Assembly (NCBI GenBank): GCA_020635995.1
Contig: JACJYS010000009.1
Span: 3,738 to 67,737, forward strand
Direction: 5' to 3'
Length of the DNA: 64,000 nt
Source: Chitinophagales bacterium
GTDB lineage: Bacteria; Bacteroidota; Bacteroidia; Chitinophagales; UBA8649
A program made the translations under genes and the position numbers. The notes below the pieces were generated by a model. It saw nothing but the letters and a program-made list of their open reading frames with translations, was not told the DNA's origin and made no database searches. Shown here one piece after another: positions 1 through 8,947 of this stretch; position 1 is the first letter of the stretch, and the number at the start of each line of letters is the position of its first letter.

Positions 1-361
1 CATAATCGCCACCCCAATAAATATTGTCTGTTATTTTTAAAGCTCCTTCAAGTTCTAATGAATTATCGTGCAAAAAATACAAGGTGTCATTTCCTACAGG
101 ACCACCATAATATATAGTATTGTCTATAGCACTTAAGTTATCCACAAAATCGGCAAGTTTGTAAGTAGTAGGTTTGTTTAAAATAAAACCAAAAGAACCT
201 TCTTCTCTATTATGTGCACAAACAAAACATACCGTTCTTTTAAATACATTGTCATCCATAAAAGGTTGAGATAATAAAATAGAGCCGGGTTCTATTTTTT
301 TTCTAATTTCCTTAGTATAATCCCATTGAAATTTTTCTAAATCCTTTTTATACTTATTCAT
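1..361 (-). CDS. YqgE/AlgH-family (UPF0301) protein, N-terminal part; the gene runs off the left edge
   Basis: My own minus-strand translation from the ATG at 361 gives MNKYKKDLEKFQWDYTKEIRKKIEPGSILLSQPFMDDNVFKRTVCFVCAHNREEGSFGFILNKP...YYGGPVGNDTLYFLH, which matches the YqgE/AlgH core pattern. It is absent from the ORF track because there is no stop inside the window. Confidence 0.7.
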   Translation of the reverse strand, partial: MNKYKKDLEKFQWDYTKEIRKKIEPGSILLSQPFMDDNVFKRTVCFVCAHNREEGSFGFILNKPTTYKLADFVDNLSAIDNTIYYGGPVGNDTLYFLHDNSLELEGALKITDNIYWGGDY

Positions 362-366
362 TTGCA

Positions 367-374
367 CAAATTTA
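367..374 (-). promoter_or_regulatory. Bacteroidota-type -7 box (TAAATTTG on the minus strand), 5 nt upstream of the yqgE-like ATG
   Basis: Plus-strand CAAATTTA at 367-374 matches the TAnnTTTG consensus on the coding strand. Confidence 0.4.
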
Positions 375-431
375 ATACATATTATTAAAGAAAAGAGTAA
401 AAGTGGGTATTGTCTATTTTAGAATAATATA

Positions 432-749
432 AACCTGAGTTAGATTAATATTTATAAGAACAGGCATTGAATAAAATGAAAAAGGCAAGGCGTGAAAGTG
501 AAGATTTATCGGGATAAATCAAGATTTCACAACGAAGCATTTTTTATTTTAGCAATGAGCAATAGTATAAAAAAGTCTTTTTATGCTATTTTTTTATTCA
601 TTAACGCTTCATGGCAGTAATCTACTTCCTAAAAATACTTGCAAAACTTGTCTGCCTATGGCAGATAACCCGCTATGTGTGCAGTATTTTTAGTTGTATC
701 TCACTACCCCCAAGCGTTCTGTTCCATAAAGATTAACCGAACTCAGGTT
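432..749. mobile_element. MITE-like 318-bp element bounded by 18-bp imperfect terminal inverted repeats
   Basis: AACCTGAGTTAGATTAAT (432-449) versus the reverse complement of 732-749 (AACCTGAGTTCGGTTAAT) matches 16/18. The interior has a nested hairpin GATTTATC-GGG-GATAAATC. There is a single copy in the window. Confidence 0.3.
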
Positions 750-799
750 GTAAAATAAATAATTGTTGAAAGATTATTTCGTTATTAATTTCTTTATTG

Positions 800-807
800 T
801 AATTTTG
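800..807 (+). promoter_or_regulatory. Candidate -7 box TAATTTTG upstream of nqrA
   Basis: Matches TAnnTTTG and lies 43 nt upstream of the ATG at 850. Confidence 0.4.
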
Positions 808-849
808 CACTTTCAAAAATTACTTCAACAAGTAAATTATTTAAAAAAC

Positions 850-2466
850 ATGAGTAAAAACATATTCAGTATTAACTCAAAACTCGCTTTTAGTTTTTTA
901 TTTTCAACATTATCGTTATTGTCTTTTGCAAGCCCTATAGAGCCGTCAAGCACCACTTTAATTTTTGGTTTGTTTGCCGGATTATTAGCCTTAGTGGTTT
1001 TTATTGTAGGTTTGCTAAGCGATAGCATAATAAAATTACTTTCTAAAAAAGTAGAAGGTGCTGAAACTACAAGTTTGTTTAACTCTTTTAAAAATTATTT
1101 TTTAGGGAGTGGACAATCTAAAAAAAAAAAGTCGGTTAACGGAAAAAGCATAAGCTTAAAAGAAGGGTTTGACATTAAATTAAGTGGCAATGCTCGTAAT
1201 GATTTTAAAAAATACGAGTCTAATTTATATGCCGTTAAGCCAACCGATTTTGTCGGGTTAAAGCCAATTCCTAAAATGTTGGTTAAAGAAGGTGCTACAG
1301 TAAAAGCCGGAGATGCCTTATTTTATGATACCGGTTTTGAAGGTGTTAAATTTGTATCGCCAGTTAGTGGCAAAGTAAAGGAAATACGAAGAGGTGCTAA
1401 ACGTGCCATTACCGAAATTATAATAGAGGCAGACGCTAAAAACGAATACAAGAAATTTAATACCAATGTATCTTCAAGAGAAGATATTTTAAATTTATTG
1501 GCAGAAAGTGGCACTTTAGCTTTATTTATAGAAAGACCTTATGGAATAGTTCCAAGTTTAAATCATACGCCTAAAAGTATTCATGTCTCATGTTTTGATA
1601 CAGCCCCTTTAGCTCCTAATTACAATGAAATATTAAATAGATTAAACAAAAACGATTTCCAAAAAGGAGTTGAAGTGCTTTCTAAATTGACCGATAATGT
1701 ACATTTAAACATTACAAACAATACAGATAGCAGTTTGTTAGATAATATTAATGGAGCAACTGTAAATATTGTAAACGGACTTCACCCGGCAGGAAATGTA
1801 GGTATTCAAATACACCACATTAGCCCAATTAACAAAGGAGATATTGTATGGACTATTCAGCCAGAGGATGTAGCCGTAATAGGTAAATTATTTAATGAAG
1901 GTATTTATAGCCCTAAAAGAATAGTAGCTTTAGCCGGAAATGTATTAAAAGAAAGAAACTACGTAGAAACAACACAAGGTGTTAATATAGCAGGTTTAAT
2001 TAAAGATAATCTTAAAAATGAAAATTCTCGGGTTATTTCCGGAGATCCATTATCGGGAACAGCAGTAGGCAAAGACGGATTTTTAGGATTTTATGACAAT
2101 CAAATATCCGTAATAGAAGAAGGAGATGAATATGAGTTATTTGGTTGGCTAATTCCTTCTTATGCTCGTCCAAGTTTATCGCCTACTTTTCCTAAAAGCA
2201 AAACTTATGATGTAAATACCAATACTCATGGCGAAAAAAGAGCTTTTGTGGTAACAGGAGAGTATAAAGAAGTATTGCCAATGAATATTTATCCTCAGTT
2301 TTTATTCAAATCTATCATAAAAGAAGATTTTGAAGAAATAGAAGGATTAGGAATATATGAATTGATAGAAGAAGATGTTGCTTTGTGTGAATTTGTTTGC
2401 ACATCAAAACAACCATTGCAGCAAATTTTAAGAACGGGATTAGATTTTATTCGTTCACAGAGTTAA
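850..2466 (+). CDS. nqrA: Na+-translocating NADH:quinone oxidoreductase subunit A, with an unusual ~95-aa hydrophobic N-terminal extension (start uncertain)
   Basis: From KSISLKEGFDIKLSGNA onward the ORF reads as NqrA and is followed by nqrB-F. The first ATG in frame is at 850. The track start at 763 is a TTG. Confidence 0.85.
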   Translation: MSKNIFSINSKLAFSFLFSTLSLLSFASPIEPSSTTLIFGLFAGLLALVVFIVGLLSDSIIKLLSKKVEGAETTSLFNSFKNYFLGSGQSKKKKSVNGKSISLKEGFDIKLSGNARNDFKKYESNLYAVKPTDFVGLKPIPKMLVKEGATVKAGDALFYDTGFEGVKFVSPVSGKVKEIRRGAKRAITEIIIEADAKNEYKKFNTNVSSREDILNLLAESGTLALFIERPYGIVPSLNHTPKSIHVSCFDTAPLAPNYNEILNRLNKNDFQKGVEVLSKLTDNVHLNITNNTDSSLLDNINGATVNIVNGLHPAGNVGIQIHHISPINKGDIVWTIQPEDVAVIGKLFNEGIYSPKRIVALAGNVLKERNYVETTQGVNIAGLIKDNLKNENSRVISGDPLSGTAVGKDGFLGFYDNQISVIEEGDEYELFGWLIPSYARPSLSPTFPKSKTYDVNTNTHGEKRAFVVTGEYKEVLPMNIYPQFLFKSIIKEDFEEIEGLGIYELIEEDVALCEFVCTSKQPLQQILRTGLDFIRSQS

Positions 2467-2501
2467 TAATAATTACTTTAAAATAAATAAATAGATAAAG
2501 A

Positions 2502-3785
2502 ATGAAGTTTATTAGAAATTTCATGGACAAAATAGAGCCGGATAAGGCTAAAAGTCCTTTTCTGCATACACTTTGGGACGGTATGGATACATTTTTTTAT
2601 GTTCCTAATCATGTAACAAAGGGTAGAACACATATTAAAGATGGTATGGATTTAAAACGTACCATGATTCATGTTGTTTTAGCTATGCAGTTTGCCTTTT
2701 TAATAGGTATGTATAATATAGGACATCAACACTATTTTTCATTAGGCATGTACCCGGGTTTCTTTAGTGGTTTTTTCCAAAAACTAATCTTTGGAGTTTT
2801 ACAATATTTGCCTACTATAATAGTAGTGCATATTGTGGGCTTGGGAATAGAGTTTTTGTTTGCTGCTAAAAAAGGACACGGTATAGAAGAAGGATTTTTA
2901 GTATCGGGATTTTTAATTCCGTTAATAATGCCACCTGCTACGCCACTTTGGATAGTAGCTTTAGCTACAGCATTTGCAGTAGTAATAGCTAAAGAAGCAT
3001 TTGGCGGTACAGGAATGAATGTTTTTAACGTAGCCTTAGTAGCTCGTGTATTTGTGTTCTTTGCTTTTCCTTCAGAAATATCGGGAGATGAAGTGTGGGT
3101 AACACAAGATTATACATGGTTGCACAAAGGTTTTAATGCTTTTGCTTCTTTATTCGGAGCATCTGATTTCTTTAGTATTCACAATGGAGCTACATTAGTA
3201 GATGGCTGGTCGGGAGCTACGCCATTATCTTTAGCAGCTAAAGGTGGCTGGGAAAGCGTGCAGGCTTATGCTGTAACTATAGGCGGTAAGGTTTATCATC
3301 CTTATTCTACTTCTAATTTACTTTGGGGAAATGTACCAGGTTCTGTAGGAGAAGTTAGTAAAATAGGAATTATTTTAGGAGCAATATTTTTAATTTTCTC
3401 AAAAATTGGAAGTTGGAGAATAATGTTATCCTTAGTATTAGGAGCAGTGTTTATGTCTGCTTTACTAAATATAGTTAACAGCATGTATGCCAATGAGTTA
3501 ACTAATGCTTTCTTAAGTGTTCCTTGGTATTATCAGTTTACAATGGGAGGTTTATTATTTGCTATGGCATTTATGGCTACAGACCCTGTTACCGCAGCAG
3601 GAACAAGCACCGGCAAGTGGATATATGGATTTTTAATAGGTGTAGTAGGTATAATAATAAGAGTATTGAACCCAGCATATCCAGAAGGCTGGATGTTGGC
3701 AATATTGTTATTAAATGTATTTGCCCCACTTATAGACTATATGGTTTTACAAAATAATATTAAAAGGAGGTTACAACGTGCCTAA
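2502..3785 (+). CDS. nqrB: Na+-NQR subunit B
   Basis: Polytopic membrane protein with the DGWSGATPLS flavinylation-type motif and ATDPVTAA. Its position after nqrA fits. Confidence 0.93.
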   Translation: MKFIRNFMDKIEPDKAKSPFLHTLWDGMDTFFYVPNHVTKGRTHIKDGMDLKRTMIHVVLAMQFAFLIGMYNIGHQHYFSLGMYPGFFSGFFQKLIFGVLQYLPTIIVVHIVGLGIEFLFAAKKGHGIEEGFLVSGFLIPLIMPPATPLWIVALATAFAVVIAKEAFGGTGMNVFNVALVARVFVFFAFPSEISGDEVWVTQDYTWLHKGFNAFASLFGASDFFSIHNGATLVDGWSGATPLSLAAKGGWESVQAYAVTIGGKVYHPYSTSNLLWGNVPGSVGEVSKIGIILGAIFLIFSKIGSWRIMLSLVLGAVFMSALLNIVNSMYANELTNAFLSVPWYYQFTMGGLLFAMAFMATDPVTAAGTSTGKWIYGFLIGVVGIIIRVLNPAYPEGWMLAILLLNVFAPLIDYMVLQNNIKRRLQRA

Positions 3786-4506
3786 TTTGAATACAAACTC
3801 AAACGGATACACACTTGGCTTTTTAGCCATAATGGTGGTGGTAGTAGGTGGTGCTTTAGCATTAGTTTCTAGTGCATTAAAACCTACAATAGATGCTAAT
3901 GTATTATTAGATACTAGAACGAAAATAATGAAATCGCTTTTAGCACTTTCTGAAGAAGATGAAAGTAGTAAGCTAACAGCTAATTTTGTTAATAGTGAGT
4001 ACGAAAAAAATGTAAAAGCTTATTTAGTTGACTATAATGGTGATGTTGTAGAAGAAAAAATACCTGCAACTTACGATTTTAGAAAAGAGATGAAAGATGC
4101 TTCAAAACCATTAGAAAATAAACTATTTCCTGTATATGAATATACTAATAATGGTGAAAAAACTTATGCATTGCAAATGTTAGGTTTAGGACTTTGGGAT
4201 GAAATTAATGGTTATATAGCTTTGAAAGAAGATAAAAAAACTATAAAAGGTGTGGCTTTTGACCATAAAGGAGAAACCCCGGGCTTAGGAGCAGAATTAG
4301 TAAAATATAAATTTAGAAAACAATTTTTCAATCAAAGTTTATTTGATACTAATGGAAACTATGATTTTGTAGTTTACAAAGCAGGAAAACTACCAGCCAA
4401 TGGAAAAGGTGTGGATGGTTTAGCCGGAGCCACTTTAACAACTAATGGAATAGACGCTATGGTAAAACATACCGCAGAGATTTATAAAAACTTTTTAAAT
4501 AAATAA
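3778..4506 (+). CDS. nqrC: Na+-NQR subunit C
   Basis: Single N-terminal TM segment and a GLAGATLTTNG FMN-attachment motif. GTG start overlaps the nqrB end by 8 nt. Confidence 0.9.
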   Translation: MPNLNTNSNGYTLGFLAIMVVVVGGALALVSSALKPTIDANVLLDTRTKIMKSLLALSEEDESSKLTANFVNSEYEKNVKAYLVDYNGDVVEEKIPATYDFRKEMKDASKPLENKLFPVYEYTNNGEKTYALQMLGLGLWDEINGYIALKEDKKTIKGVAFDHKGETPGLGAELVKYKFRKQFFNQSLFDTNGNYDFVVYKAGKLPANGKGVDGLAGATLTTNGIDAMVKHTAEIYKNFLNK

Positions 4507-4514
4507 TCAATAAA

Positions 4515-5171
4515 ATGAGTGATGTTAATACAAAAAAATTAATAACAGATCCATTAAGTGATAATAATCCTATTACTGTTCAAATATTGGGTGTATGCTC
4601 AGCTTTAGCTGTAACTGGGAATATTGCCAATGCATTAGTTATGGGTGTAGCGGTTACTTTAGTAACGGCTTTTTCAAACTTAACTATTTCATCGTTAAGA
4701 AATTATATACCGGGTAGAATAAGGCTTATAGTCCAGTTAGTTGTTATAGCGGCTTTAGTAACCTTAGTAGGAGAGGCCTTAAAAGCATTTGCTTATGATT
4801 TAAGTAAAGAACTTTCGGTTTATATTGGCTTAATTATTACCAACTGTATAGTAATGGGACGTTTAGAAGCCTTTGCTATGGGAAATAAGCCATTGCCTTC
4901 ATTTTTAGATGGAATAGGAAATGGCTTAGGATATGCAGCTATTTTATTAATTGTAGGTACTATAAGGGAATTATTTGGTACAGGTTCTTTGTTAGGATTT
5001 ACATTTTTTGGAGAAGAAGCTTTTCATAATATCAGCTTCTTAAAACATGGCTTTTTCCATGCGTTTTTCCACAATGGTTTAATGGTTTTACCTATAGCAT
5101 CTATATTTATTATAGGTATCATTATTTGGATACAAAGAAGTAAAAATCAAGAATTAGTAGATATATCTTAA
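4515..5171 (+). CDS. nqrD: Na+-NQR subunit D
   Basis: NPITVQILGVCSALAVT and the overall RnfE/NqrD-like membrane pattern. Confidence 0.92.
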   Translation: MSDVNTKKLITDPLSDNNPITVQILGVCSALAVTGNIANALVMGVAVTLVTAFSNLTISSLRNYIPGRIRLIVQLVVIAALVTLVGEALKAFAYDLSKELSVYIGLIITNCIVMGRLEAFAMGNKPLPSFLDGIGNGLGYAAILLIVGTIRELFGTGSLLGFTFFGEEAFHNISFLKHGFFHAFFHNGLMVLPIASIFIIGIIIWIQRSKNQELVDIS

Positions 5172-5203
5172 GATAAATTGATAAAAAAGTAAAAGAAATT
5201 TCA

Positions 5204-5818
5204 ATGGGAGATTTAATAAACATATTCGTAAAATCAGCTTTTGTAGAGAACATGATACTTATCTATTTCTTAGGTATGTGTTCTTATTTAGCGGTATCTA
5301 AATCTGTAAAAACAGCTTTAGGTTTAGGAGCGGCAGTAATATTTGTATTGGGTGTTACAGCTCCGGTCAATTGGATAATTAGAGAAAACTTATTAGTAGA
5401 AGGAGCGTTATCGTGGATAAGCCCATCTTTAGAAAATGTAAGTTTAGAATTTTTAGGACTAATTATTTATATTGGTGTTATTGCAGCCATGGTACAATTA
5501 GTAGAAATGGTTATAGAAAAATTTTCACCTTCATTATACCTCTCTTTGGGTATCTTTTTACCATTAATAACTGTAAACTGTTCTATTTTGGGAGGTACAT
5601 TATTTATGATAACTAAAGAGTACAACTTAGTAGAAAGTTTAGTATTTGGTTTAGGAAGTGGATTCGGATTTTTCTTAGCTATAGTTTCTTTAGCCGCTAT
5701 AAGAGAGAAAATTAGATACTCAAATATTCCGGCACCATTAAGAGGCTTGGGAATGGCATTTATTATTACAGGCTTAATGGGTTTAGCTTTTATGGGCTTA
5801 ATGGGAATAAAACTTTAA
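5204..5818 (+). CDS. nqrE: Na+-NQR subunit E
   Basis: ENMILIYFLGMCSYLAVSKS and ITVNCSILGG motifs typical of NqrE/RnfA. Confidence 0.92.
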   Translation: MGDLINIFVKSAFVENMILIYFLGMCSYLAVSKSVKTALGLGAAVIFVLGVTAPVNWIIRENLLVEGALSWISPSLENVSLEFLGLIIYIGVIAAMVQLVEMVIEKFSPSLYLSLGIFLPLITVNCSILGGTLFMITKEYNLVESLVFGLGSGFGFFLAIVSLAAIREKIRYSNIPAPLRGLGMAFIITGLMGLAFMGLMGIKL

Positions 5819-5843
5819 TTTTTAAATTTTAAAAGTAACAGAA

Positions 5844-7178
5844 ATGTTTTTAGCAATAGATTTTGTTTTTTTAGTAGCAAGTGTTATAGTATTTATGTTT
5901 ATACTTATGGTTTTAGCAGGAGGTTTACTTTTTGCTAAATCTAAGTTAGTATCTGACGAAGATGTAACTATAACCTTAAACGGAGGGAAACAAATAACAA
6001 CAAAACCGGGTTCTTCATTATTAAATGTACTTTCTGGAGAAGGTATATTCTTACCTTCAGCTTGTGGTGGTGGTGGCACATGTGCTATGTGCAGATGCCA
6101 TATACCAGAAGGAGGAGGCGATACTTTACCTACAGAAAAAAACCACTTTACAAGAAAGCAAGTAGGAGAGAAATTGCGTTTAGCTTGCCAAGTTAAAGTA
6201 AAAAACGACATGACGGTAGAAGTGCCGGAAGAAGTATTTGGTGTTAAAAAATGGGAATGTACAGTTAATTCAAACTATAATGTGGCTACATTTATTAAAG
6301 AATTTGATGTACAACTACCGGAAGGCGAAATATTAGAGTTTGAAGCAGGTGGTTATATTCAAATAGACGTACCTAAAATTACTGTAGATTTTAAAGATAT
6401 GGATATTACTGCTCATCCTAAGTATCATGATGACCCTAAAAAATTCCAAAAAGATTGGGATCATTTTAAAATGTGGGGTTTGAAAATGGTAAATACCGAA
6501 GAAGAATTTAGAGCTTATTCTATGGCTAATCATCCTGCCGAAGGAAATAAAGTAATGTTAACCATACGTATAGCCACACCGCCATTTAAGTTTAAAAATG
6601 AAGGTGGAAAAAGAATTTGGGACGGTTATCAAGCTGTAAATCCGGGAATTTGTTCTTCGTACGTTTTTTCAAGAAAACCTGGCGATAAAGTTTCTATTTC
6701 CGGTCCTTATGGAGAGTTTTTTATAAAAGATACCGATGCAGAAATGCTTTATATAGGCGGTGGAGCAGGTATGGCTCCTATGCGTTCTCATTTATACCAC
6801 TTGTTCCATACTTTAAAAACAGGAAGAAAAGTTACTTTCTTCTATGGTGGTAGAACTAAGCAAGAGTTATTTTATATTGAAGAATTTAGAGAAATAGAAA
6901 AACAATTCCCTAATTTCAAATTTGCCATAGCTTTAGATAATCCATTACCGGAAGATAACTGGACATTAAAAGAAAATTTAGACGATCCTAATGGAGATGG
7001 CTTTAAAGGTTTTGTACACAATGTAGTAATTGAGCAGTTTTTAAGTAAGCACGAAGCTCCGGAAGATTTGGAATTGTATTTCTGTGGTCCTCCAATGATG
7101 AACCAGTCAGTGCTTAAAATGGCTGATGATTGGGGAATACCAAAAGAGCAAGTATTCTTTGATGATTTTGGTGGTTAA
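5844..7178 (+). CDS. nqrF: Na+-NQR subunit F
   Basis: N-terminal TM segment, a CGGGGTCAMCRC 2Fe-2S ferredoxin motif, and a C-terminal FAD/NADH-binding domain (YIGGGAGMAPMRS). Confidence 0.95.
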   Translation: MFLAIDFVFLVASVIVFMFILMVLAGGLLFAKSKLVSDEDVTITLNGGKQITTKPGSSLLNVLSGEGIFLPSACGGGGTCAMCRCHIPEGGGDTLPTEKNHFTRKQVGEKLRLACQVKVKNDMTVEVPEEVFGVKKWECTVNSNYNVATFIKEFDVQLPEGEILEFEAGGYIQIDVPKITVDFKDMDITAHPKYHDDPKKFQKDWDHFKMWGLKMVNTEEEFRAYSMANHPAEGNKVMLTIRIATPPFKFKNEGGKRIWDGYQAVNPGICSSYVFSRKPGDKVSISGPYGEFFIKDTDAEMLYIGGGAGMAPMRSHLYHLFHTLKTGRKVTFFYGGRTKQELFYIEEFREIEKQFPNFKFAIALDNPLPEDNWTLKENLDDPNGDGFKGFVHNVVIEQFLSKHEAPEDLELYFCGPPMMNQSVLKMADDWGIPKEQVFFDDFGG

Positions 7179-7200
7179 TTTCCAAAAAAAACACTATAAA

Positions 7201-7229
7201 AAAGTCCCGAAATAGTCGGGACTTTTTTA
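7201..7229 (+). terminator. Rho-independent terminator of the nqr operon
   Basis: GTCCCGA (7204-7210), loop AATAG, TCGGGAC (7216-7222), followed by TTTTTT. Confidence 0.8.
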
Positions 7230-7242
7230 TTATATTGTATCC

Positions 7243-7330
7243 AAAAAATAATTTCACATACTTTTATAAAACCACCCCTTTTCCCCTCCTTTTCAGGTGG
7301 GGGAACATTATGGAATGTGAAATTATTTTT
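7243..7330. repeat. MITE-like repeat family A, copy 1 (88 bp)
   Basis: Termini AAAAAATAATTTCACAT and ATGTGAAATTATTTTT are inverted. The inner hairpin is CCCCTCC-TTTTCA-GGTGGGG. A second, inverted copy lies at 19767-19840. Confidence 0.7.
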
Positions 7331-7494
7331 CAGACTTTATATAAATTATGTGAGTTCAGGATAAGTTGAAATACAACACATTGAATCACTATGTCTTTGC
7401 GAAATTTTATGAAGAATGAATAAAATTGAAGCAATCTAAGGTTATCTGTGTACTTTTTATTTGATTTTTAATTAAGTTTACACTAAATAAAATT

Positions 7495-8946
7495 ATGCAT
7501 CCACTACTTATTATTTTAGAAATATTATATGTTCTGTTTGTAATAGGAGTGTGCCTTAAAATAATTTTTGATACCGACTCTCCGTCAAAATCCATAGCCT
7601 ATATTCTATTTATAATTATAGTACCTATAATTGGCGTAGCTTTTTACTTTGCCGTAGGTTTTAACTATAAAAAGCATAAAATTTATTCTAAAAAAATTAT
7701 TTCCGATAAGAAACAATTTGAAGAAATAAATCAAAGAATTATAGATTATACAAGTGTTTACAATAATATTTTTGAGCAAGAGTTTGACTCCGCTTATACA
7801 GGAATAAGCAAAATGCTGTATAACGATACAGGAATGCTAAACACTAAGCATAATGAGGTGCAACTGCTGGTAAATGGCGAAGAAAAATATCCCGAACTGC
7901 TCAGCTCACTTAAAAATGCCAAAAATCATATTCATATTGAATATTACATTTATGATAATGATACTATAGGCAACGAAATAGCCGATATCTTAATAGCAAA
8001 AGCTAAGGAAGGATTAGAAGTTAGAATGATTTATGACGATTTTGGTAGTAATAAAATCAGACGAAAATTTGTGAAAAGGCTAAAGGAAAATGGAGTAGAA
8101 GTTTATCCTTTTTTTAAAATATTGTTTATAAATTTTGCCAACAGATTAAACTACAGAAACCACAGAAAAATAGTGGTTATAGATGGGCATATAGGTTTTG
8201 TGGGAGGCATAAACATAGCCGATAATTATGACAATACAAGAAATAACAGCTATTGGAGAGATACACATTTGAAAATTGTAGGCGAAAGTGTTTCATTTTT
8301 GCAAAGTATTTTTATTGCCGATTGGAATTTTTGTTCCGGTAAGAAAATTGAAATAAAAAATGAATATTTTAATCTAAGTGAAGATAAAAGTAAGCAAGAA
8401 ACTTGGACACAAATAGTTCCCAGCGGCCCCGATTCAGAAAATCCTGCTATATACTATACCTACTTGCAAGCACTGCATATAGCTCAAGAAAAAATACTGA
8501 TTACAACACCTTATTTTATTCCATCAGTAGATTTTATAGCCGCACTTAAAATGGCAGTTTTAAGAGGAGTTGAGGTTATTTTATTAATCCCCGGAAAAGG
8601 AGATTCGCTTTTTGTAAACATTGCTTCTCAGTCTTTTTATGAGGATTTATTAAAGAATGGCATTAAAATTTTTAGGTATAAAAAAGGATTTGTTCATGCT
8701 AAAACCATGGTGGTAGATGATGTGCTTTCTTTAGTAGGAACAGCAAATTTAGACAACAGAAGTTTTAATCTAAATTTTGAAATAAATGCCTTGGTTTATA
8801 ATAAAGATTTTGCAATGAAATTGGCTAAAACATTCTATTCCGATTTGGAAAACAGCTATGAACTGACTTACGATAGATGGCTAAACAGACCATTTTACAT
8901 TAAAATATTTGAAAAAATTTCTAAACTCTTCTCGGCATTATTATAA
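7495..8946 (+). CDS. cls: Cardiolipin synthase (PLD superfamily)
   Basis: Two N-terminal TM helices and two HKD motifs (HRKIVVIDGHIGFVGGINI and HAKTMVVDDVLSLVGTANLDNRS). Confidence 0.9.
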   Translation: MHPLLIILEILYVLFVIGVCLKIIFDTDSPSKSIAYILFIIIVPIIGVAFYFAVGFNYKKHKIYSKKIISDKKQFEEINQRIIDYTSVYNNIFEQEFDSAYTGISKMLYNDTGMLNTKHNEVQLLVNGEEKYPELLSSLKNAKNHIHIEYYIYDNDTIGNEIADILIAKAKEGLEVRMIYDDFGSNKIRRKFVKRLKENGVEVYPFFKILFINFANRLNYRNHRKIVVIDGHIGFVGGINIADNYDNTRNNSYWRDTHLKIVGESVSFLQSIFIADWNFCSGKKIEIKNEYFNLSEDKSKQETWTQIVPSGPDSENPAIYYTYLQALHIAQEKILITTPYFIPSVDFIAALKMAVLRGVEVILLIPGKGDSLFVNIASQSFYEDLLKNGIKIFRYKKGFVHAKTMVVDDVLSLVGTANLDNRSFNLNFEINALVYNKDFAMKLAKTFYSDLENSYELTYDRWLNRPFYIKIFEKISKLFSALL

Positions 8947-8947
8947 T

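Noticed and set aside
763-849. TTG at 763 as the nqrA start.
   Set aside because: A candidate TAnnTTTG promoter box (800-807) lies inside this stretch. The first ATG (850) follows at a normal distance, and the extra 29 codons are promoter-like AT-rich sequence.
837-1514. Antisense ORFs 837-1028 and 1323-1514 inside nqrA. The same class includes 3302-3493, 3524-3757, 5413-5616, 5822-6211 and 6333-6533 inside other nqr genes.
   Set aside because: They lie entirely within strongly supported nqr coding frames. Their translations are low-complexity, with no motifs. These are typical shadow ORFs of AT-rich DNA.
8909-8947. apbE start at 8909, overlapping the cls 3' end.
   Set aside because: The ATG at 8948 gives a standard lipoprotein signal (MKKAVLILVLLVCVLTC) right after the cls stop. 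The upstream codons are the cls reading region in another frame.
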